Shown piece after piece: positions 45,101 through 60,100 of a stretch of DNA of 64,000 nucleotides. Each line of letters opens with the position of its first letter. Positions within the stretch are counted from its first letter, which is position 1. The notes beneath the pieces are model-generated. The model did no database searches, was not told the origin of the DNA, and saw nothing but the letters and a program-made list of their open reading frames with translations. The translations under genes were made by a program, and so were the position numbers. The stretch is from Eledone cirrhosa (lineage: Eukaryota): positions 7,998,001 through 8,062,000 of the forward strand of contig OZ024742.1 in the NCBI GenBank assembly GCA_964016885.1. Reading direction: 5' to 3'.

Positions 45101-48100
45101 CGGCACCACTATGACTCCCTCAGGTGACACAGTAACATGTACCTAGGAACGTCTTATGTCAATACGGCACCACTATGACTCCCTCAGGAGACACAGTAAC
45201 ATGTACCTAGGAACGTCCTATATCAATACGGCACCACTATGACTCCCTCAGGAGACTCAGTAACATGTACCTAGGAACGTCCTATATCAATACGGACCAC
45301 TCTGACTCCCTCAGGAGACACAGTAACATGTACCTAGGAACGTCTTATATCAATACAGCACCACTATGACACCCACAGGAGACACAGTAACATGTACCTA
45401 GGAACATCTTATATCAATACGGCACTACTGTGACACCCCCAGGAGACACAGTAACATGTACCTCGGAACGTCTTATATCAATACGGCACCACTGTGACAA
45501 CCCCAGGAGACACAGTAACATGTACCTATGAACGTCTTATATCAATACGGCACCACTATGACTCCATCAGGAGACACAGTAACATGTATCTAGGAACGTC
45601 TTATATCAATACGGCACCACTATGACTCCCTCAGGAGAGACAGTAACATGTACCTAGGAACGTCTTATATCAATACGGCACCACTATGTCTCCCTCATGA
45701 GACAAAGAAACATGTACCTAGGAACGTCTTATATCAATACGGCACCACTATGACTCCCTCAGGTGACACAGTAACAAGTACCTAGGAACGTCTTATATCA
45801 ATACGACACCACTATGTCTCCCTCAGGAGACACAGAAACATGTACCTAGGAACGTCTTATATCAATACGGCACCACTATGAATCCCTCAGGAGACACAGT
45901 AACATGTACATAGGAACGTCTTATATCAATACGGCACAACTATGAATCCCTCAGGTGACACAGTAACATGTACCTAGGAACGTCTTATATCAATACGGCA
46001 CCACTATGTCTCCCTCAGGTGACACAGTAACATGTACCTAGGAACGTCTTATATCAATACGGCACCACTATGACTCACTCAGGAGACACATTAACATGTA
46101 CATAGGAACGTCTTATATCAATACGGCACCACTATGACTCCCTCAGGAGACACATTAACATGTACATAGGAACGTTTTATATCAATACGGCACCACTATG
46201 AATCCCACAGGAGTCACAGTAACATGTACCTAGGAACGTCTTATATCAATACGGCACCACTATGACTCCGTCAGGAGACACATTAACATGTACATAGGAA
46301 CGTCTTATATCAATACGGCACCACTATGACACCCTCAGGACACACAGTAACATGGACCTAGGAACGTCTTATATCAATACGGTAGCAGTATGACTCCCTC
46401 AGGTGACACAGTAACATGTACCTAGGAACGTCTTATATCAATACAGCACCACTATGACACCCACAGGAGACACAGTAACATGTACCTAGGAACATCTTAT
46501 ATCAATACGGCACTACTGTGACACCCCCGGGAGACACAGTAACATGTACCTCGGAACGTCTTATATCAATACGGCACCACTGTGACAACCCCAGGAGACA
46601 CAGTAACATGTACCTATGAACGTCTTATATCAATACGGCACCACTATGACTCCCTCAGGAGAGACAGTAACATGTACCTAGGAACGTCTTATATCAATAC
46701 GGCACCACTATGTCTCCCTCATGAGACACAGAAACATGTACCTAGGAACGTCTTATATCAATACGTCACCACTATGACTCCCTCAGGTGACACAGTAACA
46801 AGTACCTAGGAACGTCTTATATCAATACGACACCACTATGTCTCCCTCAGGAGACACAGAAACATGTACCTAGGAACGTCTTATATCAATACGGCACCAC
46901 TATGAATCCCTCAGGAGACACAGTAACATGTACATAGGAACGTCTTATATCAATACGGCACAACTATGAATCCCTCAGGTGACACAGTAACATGTACCTA
47001 GGAACGTCTTATATCAATACGGCACCACTATGTCTCCCTCAGGTGACACAGTAACATGTACCTAGGAACGTCTTATATCAATACGGCACCACTATGACTC
47101 ACTCAGGAGACACATTAGCATGTACATAGGAACGTCTTATATCAATACGGCACCACTATGACACCCTCAGGACACACAGTAACATGGACCTAGGAACGTC
47201 TTATATCAATACGGCAGCAGTATGACTCCCTCAGGTGACACAGTAACATGTACCTAGGAACGTCTTATATCAATACCACACCACTATGTCTCCCTCAGGA
47301 GACACAGAAACATGTACCTAGGAACGTCTTATATCAATACGGCACCACTATGACACCCTCAGTACACACAGTAACATGAACCTAGGAACGTCCTATATCA
47401 ATACGGCACCACTATGACTCCTTCAGGAGACACAGTAACATATACCTGAGAACGTCTTATATCAATACGGCACCTCTATAACTCAATCAGGAGTCACAGA
47501 AACATGTACCTAGGAGCGTCTTATATCAATACGGCACCACTATGACTCCCTCAGGAGACACAGTAACATGTACCTAGGAACGTCTTATGTCAATACGGCA
47601 CCACTGTGACTCCCTCAGGAGACACAGTAACATGTACCTAGGGACGTCTTATATCAATACGGCACCACTATGACTCCCTCAGGAGACACAGTAACATGTA
47701 CCTAGGGACGTCCTATATCAATACGGCACCACTGTGACTCCCTCAGGAGACACAGTAACATGTACCTAGGGACGTCTTATATCAATACGGCACCACTATG
47801 CCTCCCTCAGGAGACACAGTAACATGTACCTAGGAACGTCCTATATCAATACGGCGCCACTGTGACTACCTCAGGAGACACAGTAACATGTACCTAGGGA
47901 CGTCTTATATGAATACGGCACCACTATGACTCCCTCAGGTGACACAGTAACATGTACCTAGGAACGTCTTATGTCAATACGGCACCACTATGACTCCCTC
48001 AGGAGACACAGTAACATGTACCTAGGAACGTCTTATGTCAATACGGCACCACTATGACTCCCTCAGTGGACACAGTAACATGTACCTAGGAACGTCCTAT

Positions 48101-51100
48101 ATCAATACGGCACCACTATGACACCCTCAGTACACACAGTAACATGGACCTAGGAACGTCCTATATCAATACGGCACCACGATGACTCCCTCAGGAGACA
48201 CAGTAACATATACCTAGGAACGTCTTATATCAATACGGCACCTCTATAACTCACTCAGGAGACACAGTAACATGTACCTAGGAGCGTCTTATATCAATAC
48301 GGCACCACTATGACTCCCTCAGGAGACACAGTAACATGTACCTAGGAACGTCTTATGTCAATACGGCACCACTATGACTCCCTCAGGAGACACAGTAACA
48401 TGTACCTAGGAACGTCCTATATCAATACGGCACCACTATGACTCCCTCAGGAGACTCAGTAACATGTACCTAGGAACGTCCTATATCAATACGGACCACT
48501 CTGACTCCCTCAGGAGACACAGTAACATGTACCTAGGAACGTCTTATATCAATACAGCACCACTATGACACCCACAGGAGACACAGTAACATGTACCTAG
48601 GAACATCTTATATCAATACGGCACTACTGTGACACCCCCAGGAGACACAGTAACATGTACCTCGGAACGTCTTATATCAATACGGCACCACTGTGACAAC
48701 CCCAGCAGACACAGTAACATGTACCTATGAACGTCTTATAGCAATAGCGCACCACTATGACTCCATCAGGAGACACAGTAACATGTATCTAGGAACGTCT
48801 TATATCAATACGGCACCACTATGACTCCCTCAGGAGAGACAGTAACATGTACCTAGGAACGTCTTATTTCAATACAGCACCACTATGACACCCACAGGAG
48901 ACACAGTAACATGTACCTAGGAACATCTTATATCAATACGGCACCACTATGTCTCCCTCATGAGACACAGAAACATGTACCTAGGAACGTCTTATATCAA
49001 TACGGCACCACTATGACTCCCTCAGGTGACACAGTAACAAGTACCTAGAAACGTCTTATATCAATACGACACCACTATGTCTCCCTCAGGAGACACAGAA
49101 ACATGTACCTAGGAACGTCTTATATCAATACGGCACCACTATGAATCCCTCAGGAGACACAGTAACATGTACCTAGGAACGTCTTATATCAATACGGCAC
49201 AACTATGACTCCCTCAGGTGACACAGTAGCATGTACCTAGGAACGTCTTATATCAATACAGCACCACTATGACTCCCTCGGGAGACACATTAACATGTAC
49301 ATAGGAACGTCTTATATCAATACGGCACCACTATGACTCCCTCAGGAGACACATTAACATGTACATAGGAACGTCTTATATCAATACGGCACCACTATGA
49401 ATCCCTCAGGAGACACAGTAACATGTACCTAGGAACGTCTTATATCAATACGGCACCACTATGACTCCCTCAGGTGACACAGTAACATGTACATAGGAAC
49501 GTCTTATATCAATACGGCACCACTATGACTCCCTCAGGAGACACATTAACATGTACATAGGAACGTCTTATATCAATACGGCACCACTATGAATTCCTCA
49601 GGAGACACAGTAACATATACCTAGGAACGTCTTATATCAATACGGCACCACTATGTCTCCCTCAGGAGACACAGAAACATGTACCTACGAACGTCTTATA
49701 TCAAAACGGCACCACTATGACTCCCTCAGGTGACACAGTAACAAGTACCTAGGAACGTCCTATATCAATACGGATCACTCTGACTCCCTCAGGAGACACA
49801 GTAACATGTACCTAGGAGCGTCTTATATCAATACGGCACCACTATGACTCCCTCAGGAGACACAGTATCATGTACCTAGGAACGTCTTATGTCAATACGG
49901 CACCACTATGACTCCCTCAGGAGACACAGTAACATGTACCTAGGAACGTCTTATATCAATACAGCACCACTATGACACCCACAGGAGACACAGTAACATG
50001 TACCTAGGAACATCTTATATCAATACGGCACTACTGTGACACCCCCAGGAGACACAGTAACATGTATCTCGGAACGTCTTATATCAATACGGTACCACTG
50101 TGACAACGTCAGGAGACACAGTAACATGTACCTATGAACGTCTTATATCAATACTGCACCACTATGACTCCATCAGGAGACACAGTAACATGTATCTAGG
50201 AACATCTTATATCAATACGGCACCACTATGACTCCCTCAGGAGAGACAGTAACATGTACCTAGGAACGTCTTATATCAATACGGCACCACTATGTCTCCC
50301 TCATGAGACACAGAAACATGTACCTAGGAACGTCTTATATCAATACGGCACCACTATGACTCCCTCAGGTGACACAGTAACAAGTACCTAGGAACGTCTT
50401 ATATCAATACGACACCACTATGTCTCCCTCAGGAGACACAGAAACATGTACCTACGAACGTCTTATATCAATACGGCACCACTATGAATCCCTCAGGAGA
50501 CACAGTAACATGTACCTAGGAACGTCTTATATCAATACGGCACAACTATGACTCCCTCAGGTGACACAGTAACATGTACCTAGGAACGTCTTATATCAAT
50601 ACGGCACCACTATGTCTCCCTCACGTGACACAGTAACATGTACCTAGGAACGTCTTATATCAATACAGCACCACTATGACTCCCTCAGGAGACACATTAA
50701 CATGTACATAGGAACGTCTTATATCAATACGGCACCACTATGACTCCCTCAGGAGACACATTAACATGTACATAGGAACGTCTTATATCAATACGGCACC
50801 ACTATGAATCCCTCAGGAGACACAGTAACATATACCTAGGAACGTCTTATATCAATACGGCAGCAGTATGACTCCCTCAGGTGACACAGTAACATGTACC
50901 TAGGAACGTCTTATATCAATACCACACCACTATGTCTCCCTCAGGAGACACAGAAACATGTACCTAGGAACGTCTTATATCAATACGGCACCACTATGAC
51001 ACCCTCAGTACACACAGTAACATGAACCTAGGAACGTCCTATATCAATACGGCACCACTAAGACTCCTTCAGGAGACACAGTAACATATACCTGAGAACG

Positions 51101-54100
51101 TCTTATATCAATACGGCACCTCTATAACTCACTCAGGAGTCACAGAAACATGTACCTAGGAGCGTCTTATATCAATACGGCACCACTATGACTCCCTCAG
51201 GAGACACAGTAACATGTACCTAGGAACGTCTTATGTCAATACGGCACCACTGTGACTCCCTCAGGAGACACAGTAACATGTACCTAGGGACGTCTTATAT
51301 CAATACGGCACCACTATGACTCCCTCAGGAGACACAGTAACATGTACCTAGGGACGTCCTATATCAATACGGCACCACTGTGACTCCCTCAGGAGACACA
51401 GTAACATGTACCTAGGGACGTCTTATATCAATACGGCACCACTATGACTCCCTCAGGAGACACAGTAACATGTACCTAGGAACGTCCTATATCAATACGG
51501 CGCCACCGTGACTCCCTCAGGAGACACAGTAACATGTACCTAGGGACGTCTTATATGAATACGGCACCACTATGACTCCCTCAGGTGACACAGTAACATG
51601 TACCTAGGAACGTCTTATGTCAATACGGCACCACTATGACTCCCTCAGGAGACACAGTAACATGTACCTAGGAACGTCTTATGTCAATACGGCACCACTA
51701 TGACTCCCTCAGTGGACACAGTAACATGTACCTAGGAACGTCCTATATCAATACGGCACCACTATGACACCCTCAGTACACACAGTAACATGGACCTAGG
51801 AACGTCCTATATCAATACGGCACCACGATGACTCCCCCAGGAGACACAGTAACATATACCTAGGAACGTCTTATATCAATACGGCACCTCTATAACTCAC
51901 TCAGGAGACACAGTAACATGTACCTAGGAGCGTCTTATATCAATACGGCACCACTATGACTCCCTCAGGAGACACAGTAACATGTACCTAGGAACGTCTT
52001 ATGTCAATACGGCAACACTATGACTCCCTCAGGAGACACAGTAACATGTACCTAGAAACGTCCTATATCAATACGGCACCACTATGACTCCCTCAGGAGA
52101 CTCAGTAACATGTACCTAGGAACGTCCTATATCAATACGGACCACTCTGACTCCCTCAGGAGACACAGTAACATGTACCTAGGAACGTCTTATATCAATA
52201 CAGCACCACTATGACACCCACAGGAGACACAGTAACATGTACCTAGGAACATCTTATATCAATACGGCACTACTGTGACACCCCCAGGAGACACAGTAAC
52301 ATGTACCTCGGAACGTCTTATATCAATACGGCACCACTGTGACAACCCCAGGAGACACAGTAACATGTACCTATGAACGTCTTATATCAATACGGCACCA
52401 CTATGACTCCGTCAGGAGACACATTAACATGTACATAGGAACGTCTTATATCAATACGGCACCACTGTGACAACCCCAGGAGACACAGTAACATGTACCT
52501 ATGAACGTCTTATATCAATACGGCACCACTATGACTCCCTCAGGAGACACAGTAACATGTATCTAGGAACGTCTTATATCAATACGGCACCACTATGTCT
52601 CCCTCATGAGACACAGAAACATGTACCTAGGAACGTCTTATATCAATACGGCACCACTATGACTCCCTCAGGTGACACAGTAACAAGTACCTAAGAACGT
52701 CTTATATCAATACGACACCACTATGTCTCCCTCAGGAGACACAGAAACATGTACCTACGAACGTCTTATATCAATACGGCACAACTATGACTCCCTCAGG
52801 TGACACAGTAACATGTACCTAGGAACGTCTTATATCAATACGGCACCACTATGTCTCCCTCACGTGACACAGTAACATGTACCTAGGAACGTCTTATATC
52901 AATACAGCACCACTATGACTCCCTCAGGAGACACATTAACATGTACATAAGAACGTCTTATATCAATACGGCACCACTATGACTCCCTCAGGAGACACAT
53001 TAACATGTACATAGGAACGTCTTATATCAATACGGCACCACTATGAATCCCTCAGGAGACACAGTAACATATACCTAGGAACGTCTTATATCAATACGGC
53101 ACCACTATGACTCCCTCAGGTGACACAGTAACATGTACCTAGGAACGTATTATATCAATACGGCACCACTATGACTCCGTCAGGTGACACAGTAACATGT
53201 ACCTAGGAACGTCTTATATCAATACGGCACCACTATGACTCCCTCAGGTGACACAGTAACATGTACCTAGGAACGTCTTATATCAATACGGCACCACTAT
53301 GACTCCCTCAGGAGACACATTAACATGTACATAGGAACGTCTTATATCAATACGGCACCACTATGAATCCCTCAGGAGACACAGTAACATGTACCTAGGA
53401 ACGTCTTATATCAATACGGCAGCAGTATGTCTCCCTCAGGAGACACAGTAACATGTACATAGGAACGTCTTATATCAATACGGCACCACTATGACTCCCT
53501 CATGAGACACATTAACATGTACATAGGAACGTCTTATATCAATACGGTACCACTATGACACCCTCAGTACACACAGTAACATGGACCTAGGAACGTCCTA
53601 TATCAATACGGCACCACTATGACTCCCTCAGGAGACACAGTAACATATACCTAGGAACGTCCTATATGAATACGGCACCACTATGACTCCCTCAGGAGAC
53701 TCAGTAACATGTACCTAGGAACGTCCTATATCAATACGGACCACTCTGACTCCCTCAGGAGACACAGTAACATGTACCTAGGAACGTCTTATATCAATAC
53801 AGCACCACTATGACACCCACAGGAGACACAGTAACATGTACCTAGGAACATCTTATATCAATACGGCACTACTGTGACACCCCCAGGAGACACAGTAACA
53901 TGTATCTCGGAACGTCTTATATCAATACGGCACCACTGTGACAACCCCAGGACACACAGTAACATGGACCTAGGAACGTCTTATATCAATACGGCAGCAG
54001 TATGACTCCCTCAGGTGACACAGTAACATGTACCTAGGAACGTCTTATATCAATACCACACCACTATGTCTCCCTCAGGAGACACAGAAACATGTACCTA

Positions 54101-57100
54101 GGAACGTCTTATATCAATACGGCACCTCTATAACTCACTCAGGAGTCACGGTAACATGTACCTAGGAGCGTCTTATATCAATACGGCACCACTATGTCTC
54201 CCTCATGAGACACAGAAACATGTACCTAGGAACGTCTTATATCAATACGGCACCACTATGACTCCCTCAGGTGACACAGTAACAAGTACCTAGGAACGTC
54301 TTATATCAATACGACACCACTATGTCTCCCTCAGGAGACACAGAAACATGTACCTACGAACGTCTTATATCAATACGGCACCACTATGAATCCCTCAGGA
54401 GACACAGTAACATGTACCTAGGAACGTCTTATATCAATACGGCACAACTATGACTCCCTCAGGTGACACAGTAACATGTACCTAGGAACGTCTTATATCA
54501 ATACGGCACCACTATGTCTCCCTCACGTGACACAGTTACATGTACCTAGGAACGTCTTATATCAATACAGCACCACTATGACTCCCTCAGGAGACACATT
54601 AACATGTACATAGGAACGTCTTATATCAATACGGCACCACTATGACTCCCTCAGGAGACACATTAACATGTACATAGGAACGTCTTATATCAATACGGCA
54701 CCACTATGAATCCCTCAGGAGACACAGTAACATATACCTAGGAACGTCTTATATCAATACGGCAGCAGTATGACTCCCTCAGGTGACACAGTAACATGTA
54801 CCTAGGAACGTCTTATATCAATACCACACCACTATGTCTCCCTCAGGAGACACAGAAACATGTACCTAGGAACGTCTTATATCAATACGGCACCACTATG
54901 ACACCCTCAGTACACACAGTAACATGAACCTAGGAACGTCCTATATCAATACGGCACCACTAAGACTCCTTCAGGAGACACAGTAACATATACCTGAGAA
55001 CGTCTTATATCAATACGGCACCTCTATAACTCACTCAGGAGTCACAGAAACATGTACCTAGGAGCGTCTTATATCAATACGGCACCACTATGACTCCCTC
55101 AGGAGACACAGTAACATGTACCTAGGAACGTCTTATGTCAATACGGCACCACTGTGACTCCCTCAGGAGACACAGTAACATGTACCTAGGGACGTCTTAT
55201 ATCAATACGGCACCACTATGACTCCCTCAGGAGACACAGTAACATGTACCTAGGGACGTCCTATATCAATACGGCACCACTGTGACTCCCTCAGGAGACA
55301 CAGTAACATGTACCTAGGGACGTCTTATATCAATACGGCACCACTATGACTCCCTCAGGAGACACAGTAACATGTACCTAGGAACGTCCTATATCAATAC
55401 GGCGCCACTGTGACTCCCTCAGGAGACACAGTAACATGTACCTAGGGACGTCTTATATGAATACGGCACCACTATGACTCCCTCAGGTGACACAGTAACA
55501 TGTACCTAGGAACGTCTTATGTCAATACGGCACCACTATGACTCCCTCAGGAGACACAGTAACATGTACCTAGGAACGTCTTATGTCAATACGGCACCAC
55601 TATGACTCCCTCAGTGGACACAGTAACATGTACCTAGGAACGTCCTATATCAATACGGCACCACTATGACACCCTCAGTACACACAGTAACATGGACCTA
55701 GGAACGTCCTATATCAATACGGCACCACGATGACTCCCCCAGGAGACACAGTAACATATACCTAGGAACGTCTTATATCAATACGGCACCTCTATAACTC
55801 ACTCAGGAGACACAGTAACATGTACCTAGGAGCGTCTTATATCAATACGGCACCACTATGACTCCCTCAGGAGACACAGTAACATGTACCTAGGAACGTC
55901 TTATGTCAATACGGCACCACTATGACTCCCTCAGGAGACACAGTAACATGTACCTAGAAACGTCCTATATCAATACGGCACCACTATGACTCCCTCAGGA
56001 GACTCAGTAACATGTACCTAGGAACGTCCTATATCAATACGGACCACTCTACTCCCTCAGGAGACACAGTAACATGTACCTAGGAACGTCTTATATCAAT
56101 ACAGCACCACTATGACACCCACAGGAGACACAGTAACATGTACCTAGGAACATCTTATATCAATACGGCACTACTGTGATACCCCCAGGAGACACAGTAA
56201 CATGTACCTCGGAACGTCTTATATCAATACGGCACCACTGTGACAACCCCAGGAGACACAGTAACATGTACCTATGAACGTCTTATATCAATACGGCACC
56301 ACTATGACTCCGTCAGGAGACACATTAACATGTACATAGGAACGTCTTATATCAATACGGCACCACTATGAATTCCTCAGGAGACACAGTAACATATACC
56401 TAGGAACGTCTTATATCAATACGGCACCACTATAACTCACTCAGGAGACACAGTAACATGTACCTAGGAGCGTCTTATATCAATACGGCACCACTATGAC
56501 TCCCTCAGGAGACACAGTAACATGTACCTAGGAACGTCTTATATCAATACGGCACCACTATGACTCCCTCAGGTGACACAGTAACAAGTACCTAAGAACG
56601 TCTTATATCAATACGACACCACTATGTCTCCCTCAGGAGACACAGAAACATGTACCTACGAACGTCTTATATCAATACGGCACCACTATGTCTCCCTCAC
56701 GTGACACAGTAACATGTACCTAGGAACGTCTTATATCAATACAGCACCACTATGACTCCCTCAGGAGACACATTAACATGTACATAAGAACGTCTTATAT
56801 CAATACGGCACCACTATGACTCCCTCAGGTGACACAGTAACATGTACCTAGGAACGTATTATATCAATACGGCACCACTATGACTCCGTCAGGTGACACA
56901 GTAACATGTACCTAGGAACGTCTTATATCAATACGGCACCACTATGACTCCCTCAGGTGACACAGTAACATGTACCTAGGAACGTCTTATATCAATACGG
57001 CACCACTATGACTCCCTCAGGAGACACATTAACATGTACATAGGAACGTCTTATATCAATACGGCACCACTATGAATCCCTCAGGAGACACAGTAACATG

Positions 57101-60100
57101 TACCTAGGAACGTCTTATATCAATACGGCAGCAGTATGTCTCCCTCAGGAGACACAGTAACATGTACATAGGAACGTCTTATATCAATACGGCACCACTA
57201 TGACTCCCTCATGAGACACATTAACATGTACATAGGAACGTCTTATATCAATACGGTACCACTATGACACCCTCAGTACACACAGTAACATGGACCTAGG
57301 AACGTCCTATATCAATACGGCACCACTATGACTCCCTCAGGAGACACAGTAACATATACCTAGGAACGTCCTATATGAATACGGCACCACTATGACTCCC
57401 TCAGGAGACTCAGTAACATGTACCTAGGAACGTCCTATATCAATACGGACCACTCTGACTCCCTCAGGAGACACAGTAACATGTACCTAGGAACGTCTTA
57501 TATCAATACAGCACCACTATGACACCCACAGGAGACACAGTAACATGTACCTAGGAACATCTTATATCAATACGGCACTACTGTGACACCCCCAGGAGAC
57601 ACAGTAACATGTATCTCGGAACGTCTTATATCAATACGGCACCACTGTGACAACCCCAGGACACACAGTAACATGGACCTAGGAACGTCTTATATCAATA
57701 CGGCAGCAGTATGACTCCCTCAGGTGACACAGTAACATGTACCTAGGAACGTCTTATATCAATACCACACCACTATGTCTCCCTCAGGAGACACAGAAAC
57801 ATGTACCTAGGAACGTCTTATATCAATACGGCACCTCTATAACTCACTCAGGAGTCACGGTAACATGTACCTAGGAGCGTCTTATATCAATACGGCACCA
57901 CTATGACTCCCTCAGGAGACACAGTAACATGTACCTAGGAACGTCCTATATCAATACGGCACCACTGTGACTCCCTCAGGAGACACAGTAACATGTACCT
58001 AGGGACGTCTTATATCAATACGGCACCACTATGACTCCCTCAGGAGACACAGTAACATGTACCTAGGAACGTCCTATATCAATACGGCGCCACTGTGACT
58101 CCCTCAGGAGACACAGTAACATGTACCTAGGAACGTCCTATATCAATAGGGCACCACTATGACTCCCTCAGGATACACAGTAACATGTACCTAGGAACGT
58201 CCTATATCAATACGGCACCACTATGACTCCCTCAGGAGACACAGTAACATGTACCTAGGAACGTCTTATATCAATACGGCACCTCTATAACTCACTCAGG
58301 AGACACAGTAACATGTACCTAGGAGCGTCTTATATCAATACGGCACCACTATGACTCCCTCAAGAGACACAGTAACATGTACCTAGGAACGTCTTATGTC
58401 AATACGGCACCACTATCACTCCCGCAGGAGACACAGTAACATGTACCTAGGAACGTCTTATATCAATACGACACCACTATGTCTCCCTCACGAGACACAG
58501 AAACATGTACCTAGGAACGTCTTATATCAATACGGCACCACTATGACTCCCTCAGGTGACACAGTAACAAATACCTAGAAACGTCTTATATCAATACGAC
58601 ACCTCTATGTCTCCCTCAGGAGATACAGAAACATGTACCTAGGAACGTCTTATATCAATACGGCACCACTATGACTCCCTCAGGTGACACAGTAACATGT
58701 ACCTAGGAACGTCTTATATCAGTACGGCACCATTATGATTCCCTCAGGAAACACAGTAACATGTACATAGGAACGTCTTATATCAATACGGCACCACTAC
58801 GACTCCCTCTGGACACACAGTAACATGTACCTAGGAACGTCTTATATCAATACGGCACCACTATGACTACCTCAGGTGACACAGTAACATGTACCTAGGA
58901 ACGTCTTATATCAATACGGCACCACTATGACTCCCTCAGGAAACACAGTAACATGTACATAGGAACGTCTTATATCAATACGGCACCACTATGACTCCCT
59001 CATGAGACACATTAACATGTACATAGGAACGTCTTATATCAATACGGCACCACTATGACACCCTCAGGACACACAGTAACATGTACCTAGGAACATCTTA
59101 TATCAATACGGCACCACTATGACTCCCTCAGGAGACACAGTAACATGTACCTAGGAACGTCTTATATCAATATGGCACCACTATGTCTCCCTCAGGTGAC
59201 ACAGTAACATGTACCTAGGAGCGTCTTATATCAATACGGCACCACTATGACTCCCTTAGGAGACATAGTAACATGTACCTAGGAACGTCGTATATCAATA
59301 CGGCACCACTATGACTCCCTCAGGAGACACAGTAACATGTACCTAGGGACGTCTTATATCAATACGGCACCACTATGACTCCCTCCTGAGACACAGTAAC
59401 ATGTACATAGGAACGTCTTATATCAATACGGCACTACTATGACTCCCTCAGGAGACACAGTAACATGTACCTACGAACGTCTTATATCAATACGGCACCA
59501 CTATGACTCCCTCAGGTGACACAGTAACAAGTACCTAGGAACGTCCTATATCAATACGGATCACTCTGACTCCCTCAGGAGACACAGTAACATGTACCTA
59601 GGAGCGTCTTATATCAATACGGCACCACTATGACTCCCTCAGGAGACACAGTATCATGTACCTAGGAACGTCTTATGTAAATACGGCACCACTATGACTC
59701 CCTCAGGAGACACAGTAACATGTACCTAGGAACGTCTTATATCAATACAGCACCACTATGACACCCACAGGAGACACAGTAACATGTACCTAGGAACATC
59801 TTATATCAATACGGCACTACTGTGACACCCCCAGGAGACACAGTAACATGTATCTCGGAACGTCTTATATCAATACGGCACCACTGTGACAACCCCAGGA
59901 GACACAGTAACATGTACCTATGAACGTCTTATATCAATACGGCACCACTATGACTCCCTCAGGAGACACAGTAACATGTATCTAGGAACGTCTTATATCA
60001 ATACAGCACCACTATGACTCCCTCAGGAGAGACAGTAACATGTACCTAGGAACGTCTTATATCAATACCGCACCACTATGTCTCCCTCATGAGACACAGA

